Below are positions 1 through 7,584 of a stretch of DNA of 22,608 bases, piece by piece. Under the pieces are notes generated by a model, which had not been told where the DNA came from, made no database searches, and saw nothing but the letters and a program-made list of their open reading frames with translations. The DNA lies in IMG/VR virus record IMGVR_UViG_2737471849_000007; one strand, written 5' to 3'. Made by a program: the position numbers and the translations under genes. This stretch comes from a virus. Its lineage: Duplodnaviria; Heunggongvirae; Uroviricota; Caudoviricetes. Each line of letters opens with the position of its first letter. Position 1 is the stretch's first letter.

Positions 1-459
1 CGCTTCAACGATATGTCCGTTGAATGTTGCCATGTCTTCCTGCAACAATTCCTGTGCGCTAATAACCATATCAACGGTGATGTTTTCACATGTGTCGAAC
101 TTAACCATGACAGCGTTCTGTACTTCAGGGGCCAGCTTGTCAAAAGTGACGTTCATCGGATCGGATTCAGTCTCAACCGGGACAAAAGAAGCAGACTCCT
201 CATCCCAGCGGTTTTCCTGCATATATTCAGCATCCCATGAATCGAGGGCAGGGCGGGGTATACCAGGTTTATCCTCGCAGACAATAAATTTATAAGCGCA
301 GTCCTGAGCAGCCGGATAATGTTCCAGGAATTGCCAGTGAAATTTTGCTCGAGCACGGCGTTCGTCGCCAGCTTCAATGGCTGTGGCTACAGCCACAGCG
401 CCTTCTTCCCTTGTTGCCAGTTCGTCAGGAATAGCGGCGCAAATAAAGACTTTACTCAT
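1..459 (-). CDS. ydfE: Prophage protein YdfE-like, N-terminal 153 codons (3' end beyond window)
   Basis: Minus-strand ORF from ATG (rc of 457-459), open to position 1 with no stop; GAGG about 10 nt upstream; translation begins MSKVFICAAIPDELATREEG. Not in the ORF track because no stop lies in the window. Symbol from memory of K-12 gene order. Confidence 0.55.
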   Translation of the reverse strand, partial: MSKVFICAAIPDELATREEGAVAVATAIEAGDERRARAKFHWQFLEHYPAAQDCAYKFIVCEDKPGIPRPALDSWDAEYMQENRWDEESASFVPVETESDPMNVTFDKLAPEVQNAVMVKFDTCENITVDMVISAQELLQEDMATFNGHIVEA

Positions 460-552
460 TTTGTTTTAACCTCATGACAGATTTAAGGATGAACAAATCC
501 CTGCCATTGCTGGCATATAAGAATGAAACCGGATATTTATTACGGAACTGTT

Positions 553-744
553 TTAAAGACCTGCCGGGATTTCGATATTATCCTGGTGAATAACTTTATC
601 GACCGGGTAACAGTTACCGGGAATTTTCTGTTCGGTTGCTGCAGTCATACACTCCTGCATTGTCCTGTGAACACTGACTGCAATATCAACTGGCACTCCG
701 GAAACAAGAAAAACTGTCAGAACAAGCGCAAATGCTGAATTCAT
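553..744 (-). CDS. ydfD: Prophage small protein YdfD (63 aa)
   Basis: Internal ATG of track ORF 553..798 gives 63 aa (MNSAFALVLTVFLVSG..., hydrophobic N-terminus); start overlaps the dicB stop (ATGA); length and position match remembered ydfD. Confidence 0.75.
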   Translation of the reverse strand: MNSAFALVLTVFLVSGVPVDIAVSVHRTMQECMTAATEQKIPGNCYPVDKVIHQDNIEIPAGL

Positions 745-929
745 TGTGCACATCCTTTTGGCATCAGACGTAAACGAGCCAGCATTGAAACAATGCATAT
801 TTTATTTAATAGCTCCCGTTCTTGTTTTCTCTTGTTAATGGCATCTTCAGTAAATACAGGGTTACTGATAGTGACACCAATTTCAAAACAACCTTCAGAC
901 GTATTAACGTTTGGTAATAACGTTTTCAT
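741..929 (-). CDS. dicB: Cell division inhibitor DicB (62 aa)
   Basis: 62-aa ORF MKTLLPNVNTSEGCFEIGVTISNPVF... inside track ORF 741..1034; immediately downstream of the DicF sequence, last gene of the ydfABC-dicF-dicB operon. Confidence 0.88.
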   Translation of the reverse strand: MKTLLPNVNTSEGCFEIGVTISNPVFTEDAINKRKQERELLNKICIVSMLARLRLMPKGCAQ

Positions 930-1098
930 TATCGCGCCCTCAACAATGAGTTTTGTGATGCGGTGCCTGGTGCCTCCAGGTGACGTTAACCAGTTAACAA
1001 TTAACGCCGGATACAGAGAATCCACCCATAACACTGTTTTTGGTTTTAACTGTTCCGCGTGCGCTCAGCCGCATTCACCACATCACAAAATTCACTTT

Positions 1099-1156
1099 AA
1101 AAAGGGCGGCAGAGCAGTCACGGAGTAAAACTGATACCGCCAAACGTCACCAGAAA
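1099..1156 (-). ncRNA. dicF: DicF small regulatory RNA (antisense inhibitor of ftsZ translation)
   Basis: Reverse complement of 1099-1156 reads TTTCTGGTGACGTTTGGCGGTATCAGTTTTACTCCGTGACTGCTCTGCCGCCCTTTTT, matching remembered DicF and ending in a T-run; lies between ydfC and dicB. Ends approximate to a few nt. Confidence 0.85.
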
Positions 1157-1496
1157 ATTGATAACAGAGGGCGTTGCAGCGGGGTTGTCACTTAAGCGTA
1201 TGGTCAACCTGACAACCCGGTGTCCTCAACGGGGAAGGAATAACCCCGCCATACTTACCGCCGCGCCATTTCGCGGGTTGCCACAACCGGAAGCGCACGG
1301 TCGACGAAAATTTAACGACAGGCTATCTATGAACCAGCTACCTCGCCGTGCGCTTTCGCGTTATGGTCTGACTTTTCAGGGAAATATCCTTTCAGTAAAC
1401 TGTCAGTGCCGGATGCTCACCCGTGTCCGGCGCACGCACTCCACCTCACCCGTGGAGAACTCCTTAATTACCAACCTTAGCTTCGTTGGTTAGCTA

Positions 1497-1715
1497 TTAA
1501 CGCGGGTATGTAATCATTCTGGCAATGCTTAATGCCGCTGCTTTTTCCAGATTGGTGATATCCTGCTCCAGAGAGAACAGATTTTCAGCCTGCTTAGCCC
1601 TGGCTTCATTAGCCCATTTCAGATCCTGCGCTGCATTAATTTTCTGGTGCATCCACTCATAAAGTTCATCATCGGTATAGTCTGGCGCGATGATAACGGG
1701 TTCTCGTTTCTGCAT
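1497..1715 (-). CDS. ydfC: Prophage protein YdfC (72 aa)
   Basis: Track ORF of 72 aa, position in dicB operon between ydfB and dicF. Confidence 0.75.
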   Translation of the reverse strand: MQKREPVIIAPDYTDDELYEWMHQKINAAQDLKWANEARAKQAENLFSLEQDITNLEKAAALSIARMITYPR

Positions 1716-1744
1716 ACTGATTCCTTGCGGTGCTGTTTCGCTTA

Positions 1745-1873
1745 TCAGCCGTTAGATTTTGCCGAACTGGAAAGCGCCTGTTTAAATTCGCTGAAGCTGA
1801 GAGCTTCTTCGCCTTCGGCAAGGCCTTCGAAGTATTCTTCGTAAGCCTTTTCCATGATTGTGTCGAAATCCAT
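1745..1873 (-). CDS. ydfB: Prophage small acidic protein YdfB (42 aa)
   Basis: Hand translation of minus strand from ATG (rc 1871-1873): MDFDTIMEKAYEEYFEGLAEGEEALSFSEFKQALSSSAKSNG, stop TGA; below the 60-aa track cutoff. Confidence 0.7.
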   Translation of the reverse strand: MDFDTIMEKAYEEYFEGLAEGEEALSFSEFKQALSSSAKSNG

Positions 1874-1874
1874 A

Positions 1875-2030
1875 TCACCCACCTGAATTTCTTTCCAGCC
1901 AGCGACGCGCTCCAGATTCGGTTTTAAACGTTTTGCTTTTGGTATACGTCATTGCGGTGAACGTGCCGTCCTGGTTTGGAAACACGCCGTACACCAGAGA
2001 TTCGTTGTTGCCAAGATCGATAGTATCCAT
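1875..2030 (-). CDS. ydfA: Prophage protein YdfA (51 aa)
   Basis: Internal ATG (rc 2028-2030) of track ORF 1875..2084 gives 51 aa MDTIDLGNNESLVYGV...; first gene of the dicB operon. Confidence 0.72.
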   Translation of the reverse strand: MDTIDLGNNESLVYGVFPNQDGTFTAMTYTKSKTFKTESGARRWLERNSGG

Positions 2031-2144
2031 GCTGACCTCATTTCCCCTTAACGCCGGGGTAGCGGAACTGTTTGCTGAGAACACCGTGCGGTGTCTTGAT
2101 GGAAAATAATTTAGAATAACCTAACATAAGAGGCAAGTGTTTTT

Positions 2145-2164
2145 TGTTAGATTGATCTAACAAA
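2145..2164. promoter_or_regulatory. DicA-type operator palindrome in the dicB-operon promoter region
   Basis: Perfect inverted repeat TTGTTAGA-ttga-TCTAACAA between dicA 3' end and ydfA start; same half-site as the palindrome at 2656-2673; a weaker copy TTAGAataacCTAACA at 2111-2126. Confidence 0.6.
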
Positions 2165-2198
2165 AAGGGTGGGCGCAACTAATCACTTGAAAAGAATG

Positions 2199-2606
2199 TT
2201 ATTTTATTGATTTATTTTTACGCGCTTTAAGCATTTCTTCGAAGAGTTTGTTGAAGTTTTCTACTCTTGCGCGCATTTCAGACAGCAAGGCTTCCTGCTC
2301 GGAAGATGGAAGAGCATCGAATAATTCGATCAATTCTTTGTGGTTGGGAGTTAGCTCTGTTTCCACATGAAGTTCTTGTGCAGGCACTGGTGCCTTGTCT
2401 TCGTCACCAAACATTAGCCATGTAGGTGAGCACTTCAGAGCATCCGCTAAAGCAAACAATCGTTTTCCGACTGGCTGGGTTTCGTCTCTTTCCCATTGTG
2501 AAATTGTGACGTGAGCAACTCCAGCGAGGCGCGCGGCTTCTCGTTGTGTTAAGCGTAATTCTTTTCGTCGCGCCAGAACTCGCTGGCCCAGGGTTCTTGT
2601 ATCCAT
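2199..2606 (-). CDS. dicA: HTH (XRE-family) repressor DicA, 135 aa
   Basis: Track ORF of 135 aa with HTH segment LRLTQREAARLAGVAHVTISQWE; divergent from dicC with an operator palindrome between them. Confidence 0.9.
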   Translation of the reverse strand: MDTRTLGQRVLARRKELRLTQREAARLAGVAHVTISQWERDETQPVGKRLFALADALKCSPTWLMFGDEDKAPVPAQELHVETELTPNHKELIELFDALPSSEQEALLSEMRARVENFNKLFEEMLKARKNKSIK

Positions 2607-2655
2607 AGTTAGGTAATTCTAATTTTTCTTGACTTAGGTATCCCGCGCACAATAA

Positions 2656-2673
2656 TGTTAGAAAAGTCTAACA
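2656..2673. promoter_or_regulatory. Operator palindrome in dicA-dicC divergent promoter region
   Basis: Perfect inverted repeat TGTTAGA-aaag-TCTAACA between the dicA start (2606) and dicC start (2684). Confidence 0.6.
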
Positions 2674-2683
2674 AGAGGGGGAT

Positions 2684-2914
2684 TTGATGCTTAAAGTTGA
2701 CGCAATTACTTTTTTTGGCAGCAAAACAAAGCTTGCCAATGCCGCAGGAGTGAGGCTGGCAAGTGTTGCTGCTTGGGGGATACTGGTTCCTGAAGGTCGC
2801 GCGATGCGTCTACAGGAGGCATCTGGCGGGGAGCTTCAGTATGATCCCAAAGTTTATGATGAATATCGTAAGACGAAGCGGGCGGGGCGGTTGAACAATG
2901 AAAATCACTCCTGA
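2684..2914 (+). CDS. dicC: Cro-like regulator DicC (76 aa)
   Basis: Track ORF of 76 aa, divergent from dicA; length and position match remembered dicC. Confidence 0.85.
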   Translation: MMLKVDAITFFGSKTKLANAAGVRLASVAAWGILVPEGRAMRLQEASGGELQYDPKVYDEYRKTKRAGRLNNENHS

Positions 2915-3419
2915 ACAGGCTCGTGAGGCTCTGGATGCCTGGATATGTCGACCAGGAATGACACAGGAGCAGGCGACGATATTAATCACTGAAGCATTCT
3001 GGGCTTTGAAAGAGCGCCCGAACATCGATGTTCAGCGTGTCACAGATGAAGGTGGCGCGGTTGATCAGCGAGCGCTTGGTGTTAATCGAGTGAAGATATT
3101 CGAACGCTGGAAGGCTATCGACACCAGGGATAAGCGTGAAAAGTTCACGGCGCTAGTGCCTGCGATTATGGAGGCTATCCGGATTAGTGATTTCAGGTTG
3201 TATCGTGAAATTACTGACGGAAAAAGCATCACGTGCATGATCGCCGGGTTAAACAAAGAATATGGCGATGTGGTGGAGTCCGGACTGCTTTTTGCTGATC
3301 CTGCCGTAGTGGATCGTGAAACTGACGAACTTATAGAAAAAGCAATTGCTTTCAAGCTTGCGTATCGACAGCAATACCAACAAAAAGCTGGATGGAATTA
3401 TGAGCCTTCTTTTTGCTGA
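2898..3419 (+). CDS. Hypothetical early-region protein (173 aa), in the cII/YdaT-like position
   Basis: ATG-initiated track ORF overlapping the dicC stop by 17 nt; sequence is protein-like; function not recognised. Confidence 0.5.
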   Translation: MKITPEQAREALDAWICRPGMTQEQATILITEAFWALKERPNIDVQRVTDEGGAVDQRALGVNRVKIFERWKAIDTRDKREKFTALVPAIMEAIRISDFRLYREITDGKSITCMIAGLNKEYGDVVESGLLFADPAVVDRETDELIEKAIAFKLAYRQQYQQKAGWNYEPSFC

Positions 3420-4365
3420 ACGCCCACTGGTTATAAACACGCAGCTGGCAATGAAAATTGGCTTAAACGAAGCCATTGTTTTGCAACAACTGCACTACTG
3501 GTTGAGAGATACCAACTCCGGCATGGAATGTGATGGTGTTCGCTGGATTTATAACACAACGGAACAATGGCTGGAACAGTTCCCATTCTGGTCAGAGTCA
3601 ACGTTAAAGCGCGCGTTTGCAAGTCTGAAAACGCTGGGGCTTTTGCGTTGTGAAAAGCTCAATAAATCAAAGTGCGATATGACCAATTTCTACACGATCA
3701 ACTATGGGAGCGAGCTTTTAGATGGTGGCAAATTGAGCGAATCCATCGGTTCAAAATGCGCCGCTCCATCAGGTCAAAATGACACGATGGAAGAGGTCAA
3801 AATGAAACGCTCCATTGATTCAAAACGACCCAATGTCATCGGGTCAAAATGGCCTGATGATCTTACAGAGAATACAACAGAGATTACTACAGAGAATAAA
3901 AACACTTTTCGTCCGGAAGCTTCGCAACCGGACCCGCAGACGACTGAACAGGATTTTTTAACCCGGAACTCCGACGCGGTTGTGTTTAGTGCGAAAAAAC
4001 GCCAGTGGGGTAGCAGGGAGGATTTGGCGTGTGCGCAGTGGATCTGGGGGCGGATCGTGGGTCTCTACGAACAGGCAGCCAGTGATGATGGCGAGATCAT
4101 GCGACCAAAAGAGCCTAACTGGACTGCCTGGGCCAATGACGTGCGCACAATGCGGATGCTGGATGGCAGAAGCCACAGACAAATTTGCGAAATGTTTGGT
4201 CGGGTTCAGCGAGATCCATTCTGGGTAAAAAACATCATGAGCCCGTCAAAGCTCCGCGAAAAATGGGACGAACTGGTCATCCGCCTGGGACGTTCACCTG
4301 TACAGCGTTGTGTTAATCATATTTCTGAACCGGATACAGAAATTCCGCCTGGTTTCAGAGGATAA
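3400..4365 (+). CDS. Phage replication initiator / replisome organiser (lambda O-like; about 322 aa from ATG 3400)
   Basis: Track ORF 3346..4365; likely start is ATG at 3400 (MSLLFAERPLVINTQLAMKIGLNEAIVLQQLHYWL...). N-terminal winged-helix-like domain, central low-complexity linker carrying DNA iterons, C-terminal domain resembling DnaT-like/phage conserved C-terminus (DPFWVKNIMSPSKLREKWDEL). Family assignment by pattern recognition only. Confidence 0.6.
   Translation: MSLLFAERPLVINTQLAMKIGLNEAIVLQQLHYWLRDTNSGMECDGVRWIYNTTEQWLEQFPFWSESTLKRAFASLKTLGLLRCEKLNKSKCDMTNFYTINYGSELLDGGKLSESIGSKCAAPSGQNDTMEEVKMKRSIDSKRPNVIGSKWPDDLTENTTEITTENKNTFRPEASQPDPQTTEQDFLTRNSDAVVFSAKKRQWGSREDLACAQWIWGRIVGLYEQAASDDGEIMRPKEPNWTAWANDVRTMRMLDGRSHRQICEMFGRVQRDPFWVKNIMSPSKLREKWDELVIRLGRSPVQRCVNHISEPDTEIPPGFRG
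3741..3900. repeat. Putative replication origin: five iterons at 23-bp spacing plus three AT-rich 12-bp repeats
   Basis: Core (G)GTCAAAATG / GTTCAAAATG / ATTCAAAACG ends at 3758, 3781, 3804, 3827, 3851, each preceded by a CCATC-like motif; then ACAGAGAATA / ACAGAGATTA / ACAGAGAATA at 3865, 3877, 3889. A 23-bp period is not a multiple of 3, so the repeat is DNA-level. Confidence 0.6.
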
Positions 4366-4405
4366 GTGTTGATTTCAGGTCATGAGGTAATTTTAAGGGG
4401 GACTT

Positions 4406-4828
4406 GTGGCAAAAGTTTTTACACAAGAAGAGCGGGAAAAAATTAAATGGCAGGTGGTGGAACTCGTGCACCAGAGCGGCCGTGAGACGTTACGGCAACT
4501 GGAAGCTAAAACAGGTGCGACTAGATATCTGATGAGCGTTCTTGCCAGAGAGCTGGTAGCCAGTGGCGATGTATACAACTCCGGCTACGGGTTATTCCCC
4601 TCTGAACAGGCGCGTAAGGACTGGCAAAACGCCCGCAAAAAACTCTCGAGGGCAAAGGTGAAGAAACCTGCTGTGGTTGATCCGGACCTTATCTGGTCAT
4701 CACCTGACGGAGAAATACGTCGCTACGACAGTCGCCTAAACATAATCTGTCGCGAGTGCCGGAAGAGCGAAGTTATGCAGCGCATACTGGCTTTCTATCA
4801 GGGTAATTTTCAGGACGTGGCGCAGTGA
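4406..4828 (+). CDS. Hypothetical protein (140 aa), possibly winged-helix; GTG start
   Basis: Track ORF; GTG at 4406 with AAGGGGGA upstream; stop overlaps the next gene's GTG start (GTGA). Confidence 0.5.
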   Translation: MAKVFTQEEREKIKWQVVELVHQSGRETLRQLEAKTGATRYLMSVLARELVASGDVYNSGYGLFPSEQARKDWQNARKKLSRAKVKKPAVVDPDLIWSSPDGEIRRYDSRLNIICRECRKSEVMQRILAFYQGNFQDVAQ

Positions 4829-5181
4829 GTGCACCGGCAACCATTCTTGATATGTGCTGTGGCAGCCGCATGTTCTGGTTCGATAAGTCTGACGAACGGG
4901 CGATATTTAGCGATATCAGAAAAGAAGGATACACATTACGCAATGGGAGACGCTTGATTATCAGCCCTGACATTATCGCAGATTTTCGTGCATTATCATT
5001 TGCAGACGCATCTTTTTCGATGGTTGTATTAGACCCTCCGCATCTTGAGCGTGTTGGTGATAACGCCTGGATGGGAAAGAAATATGGACGGCTGAATAAA
5101 GATGCCTGGCGTGATGATTTGCGACAGAGATTTAAAGAAGCTTTTCGGGTGTTGAGGCCGCACGGCGTTCTGATTTTTTAA
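4825..5181 (+). CDS. SAM-dependent DNA methyltransferase-like protein (118 aa as encoded; possibly truncated by in-frame TAA)
   Basis: Motif I-like ILDMCCGSR and motif IV-like VVLDPPH, then RVLRPHGVLIF; the frame stays open 29 codons past TAA (5179-5181) to TAA at 5269-5271. Confidence 0.5.
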   Translation: MSAPATILDMCCGSRMFWFDKSDERAIFSDIRKEGYTLRNGRRLIISPDIIADFRALSFADASFSMVVLDPPHLERVGDNAWMGKKYGRLNKDAWRDDLRQRFKEAFRVLRPHGVLIF

Positions 5182-5791
5182 TGGAATGAAACGCAAATAC
5201 CGGTAAGCCAGATTCTGGCACTGACAGATAGAAAGCCTGTTATCTGTCAACGAACAGGGAAAAAACGATAAAACCCACTGGATTATTTTTATGAAAGAGG
5301 CATCCAGTGAGTAGATTCGTAAGGTTACAGATACGTATATCTGAATAATTAAATTCAGTTCTGTAAATAAAACTTAATCCTTAACCGGATGGATTTCTGC
5401 ACCCTCAGAACATCAGGAGGCCGCCCGAAAGGGCGGTAGTGAAATGCGAAAGTTCAAAATTATTATTGAAACGGGAATAGCTGGTGGAGATTTTGAGGAT
5501 GTATTCGAAGTGGACGATGACGCAACACCTGATGAAATTCATGACGGAGCATAAGAAATTTTCTTTAACTACTGCAATTACTCATACCACGAAATAAAAG
5601 ACGATGAGGAAGAACAAAGTGGCTGATTTTTGTTCAGCTAAATATAACATCAGTTTTGAAGAGCGGGATGAACTATTAATGGACTATGGTGAGTTACGCG
5701 GTGGAAGTGCTGCTGATGTCGAATCCTAGCGTGATGACTATGAAGCGGGAAAAACTCCGGTCGAAGCATATTGTGATGAGTGGGGCGATGA

Positions 5792-6079
5792 ATGAGCGAG
5801 ATTAATTATCAGGAAGGGCATGAAACGGCGGGGCAAGCAAAACCAGTGACATGGCGATATCGCTACGTGAAAAAAGGCGTTACGGACTTTCAGGGGAAGT
5901 AGTGGTCTGGTGACTGGAAATATGTACCGAAAAAAGAGGATTGTAACGACAGGCCGAACTATCAAATTCAGGCCTTATTCACTGCCTCACCAGTCCCGGT
6001 TACATCAGAAGAATTGGTTAAAGCTGTGCACTTTTATGAACAACTAAAACGCGAAAATCCACCAACATCCGGCAACTAG
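5792..6079 (+). pseudogene. Small prophage ORF interrupted by in-frame TAG (36 codons + amber + 58 codons)
   Basis: ATG 5792 (ATGA-coupled to the preceding frame): MSEINYQEGHETAGQAKPVTWRYRYVKKGVTDFQGK, TAG at 5900-5902, then WSGDWKYVPKKEDCNDRPNYQIQALFTASPVPVTSEELVKAVHFYEQLKRENPPTSGN to TAG 6077-6079. Confidence 0.35.
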
Positions 6080-6333
6080 ATTAATGGGTTAACTATGTCG
6101 GTTAAACGACCAGCCAACTGAAAAAGCGGAAACCTGATTACAGGTTGCCAGATAAGGCAATGAGCTACCTGGCGCGGAACGGACTGATAAGTATGGGGAA
6201 TGTTTTACGATGAACCTTTAGACTAAAGAGTTTGTAACGCTATGTAAGTGATTTTTTCTGGTTTAGATATTTATATGTCCGGCCAAATTGAGGTGTGTTT
6301 AAATGTAATTGCACATTGATTGTAGGAGGAATA

Positions 6334-6513
6334 ATGAAAAACGCATTGCAGTTTTTGTTTGTTGCGTTCTGGTTGTTCGCATCATGTATGCCCATCATCT
6401 TCACAGCAAGGTATATGGAAAAAGTTGATGTTTTGATATTAATATTTGGATATATAAATGCCCTTTTTTTAGGGGTGTTCATGGCGGTCATGTGCATTGA
6501 ATACTGGCGGTAA
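6334..6513 (+). CDS. Small two-TM membrane protein (59 aa), function unknown
   Basis: AGGAGG about 7 nt upstream of ATG 6334; MKNALQFLFVAFWLFASCMPIIFTARYMEKVDVLILIFGYINALFLGVFMAVMCIEYWR has two hydrophobic helices; track ORF 6295..6513 is the same frame from an upstream alternative start. Confidence 0.45.
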   Translation: MKNALQFLFVAFWLFASCMPIIFTARYMEKVDVLILIFGYINALFLGVFMAVMCIEYWR

Positions 6514-6847
6514 ATACAGCGAACTCCATTGGTTTAGTTGGATATTTACTGTGCTGGACAAAAACGGTTTGCGGGGAAATCTTAGTTAAGTAGAATGACT
6601 GCGGGTGCTTGAGGCTATCTGCCTCGGGCACGAACACCAACGGCAGGTAGAGAAAAGCCCCAGTTAACATTACGCGTCCTGCAAGACGCTTAACATTAAT
6701 CTGAGGCCAATTTCATGCCAGACACATGTAGGTTAGCCTCTTACGTGCCGAAAGGCAAGGAGAAGCAGGCTATTGTTAACACCAAGCTGTAATGTCCCCT
6801 TTGAACCATTCTAAAATGTCCCCAGACAATTCTCTGGGGGATTTTTC

Positions 6848-6994
6848 ATGACCAAAGAAACTGTTACGATGAGTCATAAGGAACTCCACCGACTTCAGAT
6901 TATTCAGGAGTCAATTAATCGACATATTACTCAGGAACAAGCTGCGGCACGCATTGGCATTTCTATTCGGCAGGTTAAACGTCTGGTGCCATGA
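6848..6994 (+). pseudogene. HTH-domain ORF resembling the N-terminus of an IS transposase (48 aa), apparent remnant
   Basis: MTKETVTMSHKELHRLQIIQESINRHITQEQAAARIGISIRQVKRLVP then stop; downstream frames do not continue a transposase-like sequence; preceded by hairpin CCCCAGA-caattc-TCTGGGG (6819-6838). Family assignment from memory, uncertain. Confidence 0.3.
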
Positions 6995-7540
6995 ACGAGT
7001 GGATAATGCCCGTATTGATTTACGCTCAAAATACTATGTTAAACCTAAAGCTGACCATCCCTGGCTTACGCGCCGAACGCAAAGTCATCAGCAAGTTAAG
7101 CCCCCGAAGTTACCTAAAAAGAAGCCTGATCCCGATAAAAAAGATTGAAACCAAGATCGATTCGGTTGAGTGCATATCCATTCATAGGGTAGATTCTTAA
7201 GTCGCGTTTCTGGTGTTCATTTTCGGGTGGTTTGTTACTTGTTTTACCGGGGATATGCCAGAAACGCGCTGAGTCAGTCTGGGCGGTGCGCGTAATGAGG
7301 CGTTATGGTAAATAGCCTATGCTAATGTCCGCTAAGAGCAAGAAGCGGAAGTTGGCAGTTTTGTGGACTGTCCCCACAAAAGTGACTACAGAAATAGTTG
7401 CAATTCATAATTGATCATGGGTTGTCAGTTAAACTCGTGGCGATTTAAATAGACTAATTGGGAGTGCGTCCATTACTTATATCTTGTAATGTTAACTATC
7501 AGAAATGATACAAAGATAATATGTCTTTAAAGAAAAGGCT

Positions 7541-7571
7541 GATGGCGAAAAGTGGCCCGATGAGGGCCACA
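7541..7571 (-). terminator. Putative intrinsic terminator downstream of flxA
   Basis: GTGGCCC-gatgag-GGGCCAC hairpin (7552-7571), followed on the minus-strand transcript by UUUUCGCC. Confidence 0.45.
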
Positions 7572-7584
7572 ATACGGCTGTCAC

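Noticed and set aside
153-377. 74-aa minus-strand ORF inside the ydfE region
   Set aside because: Out of frame with the longer, better-initiated ydfE reading frame that spans 1-459.
3741-3900. CRISPR-like array
   Set aside because: Repeats are 23-bp-phased with no unique spacers of CRISPR size and lie inside a protein-coding gene; iterons fit better. No CRISPR array was seen elsewhere in the window.
5222-5249. Possible LexA (SOS) box
   Set aside because: The CTGT and ACAG elements are present but with the wrong spacing and orientation for CTGT-N8-ACAG.
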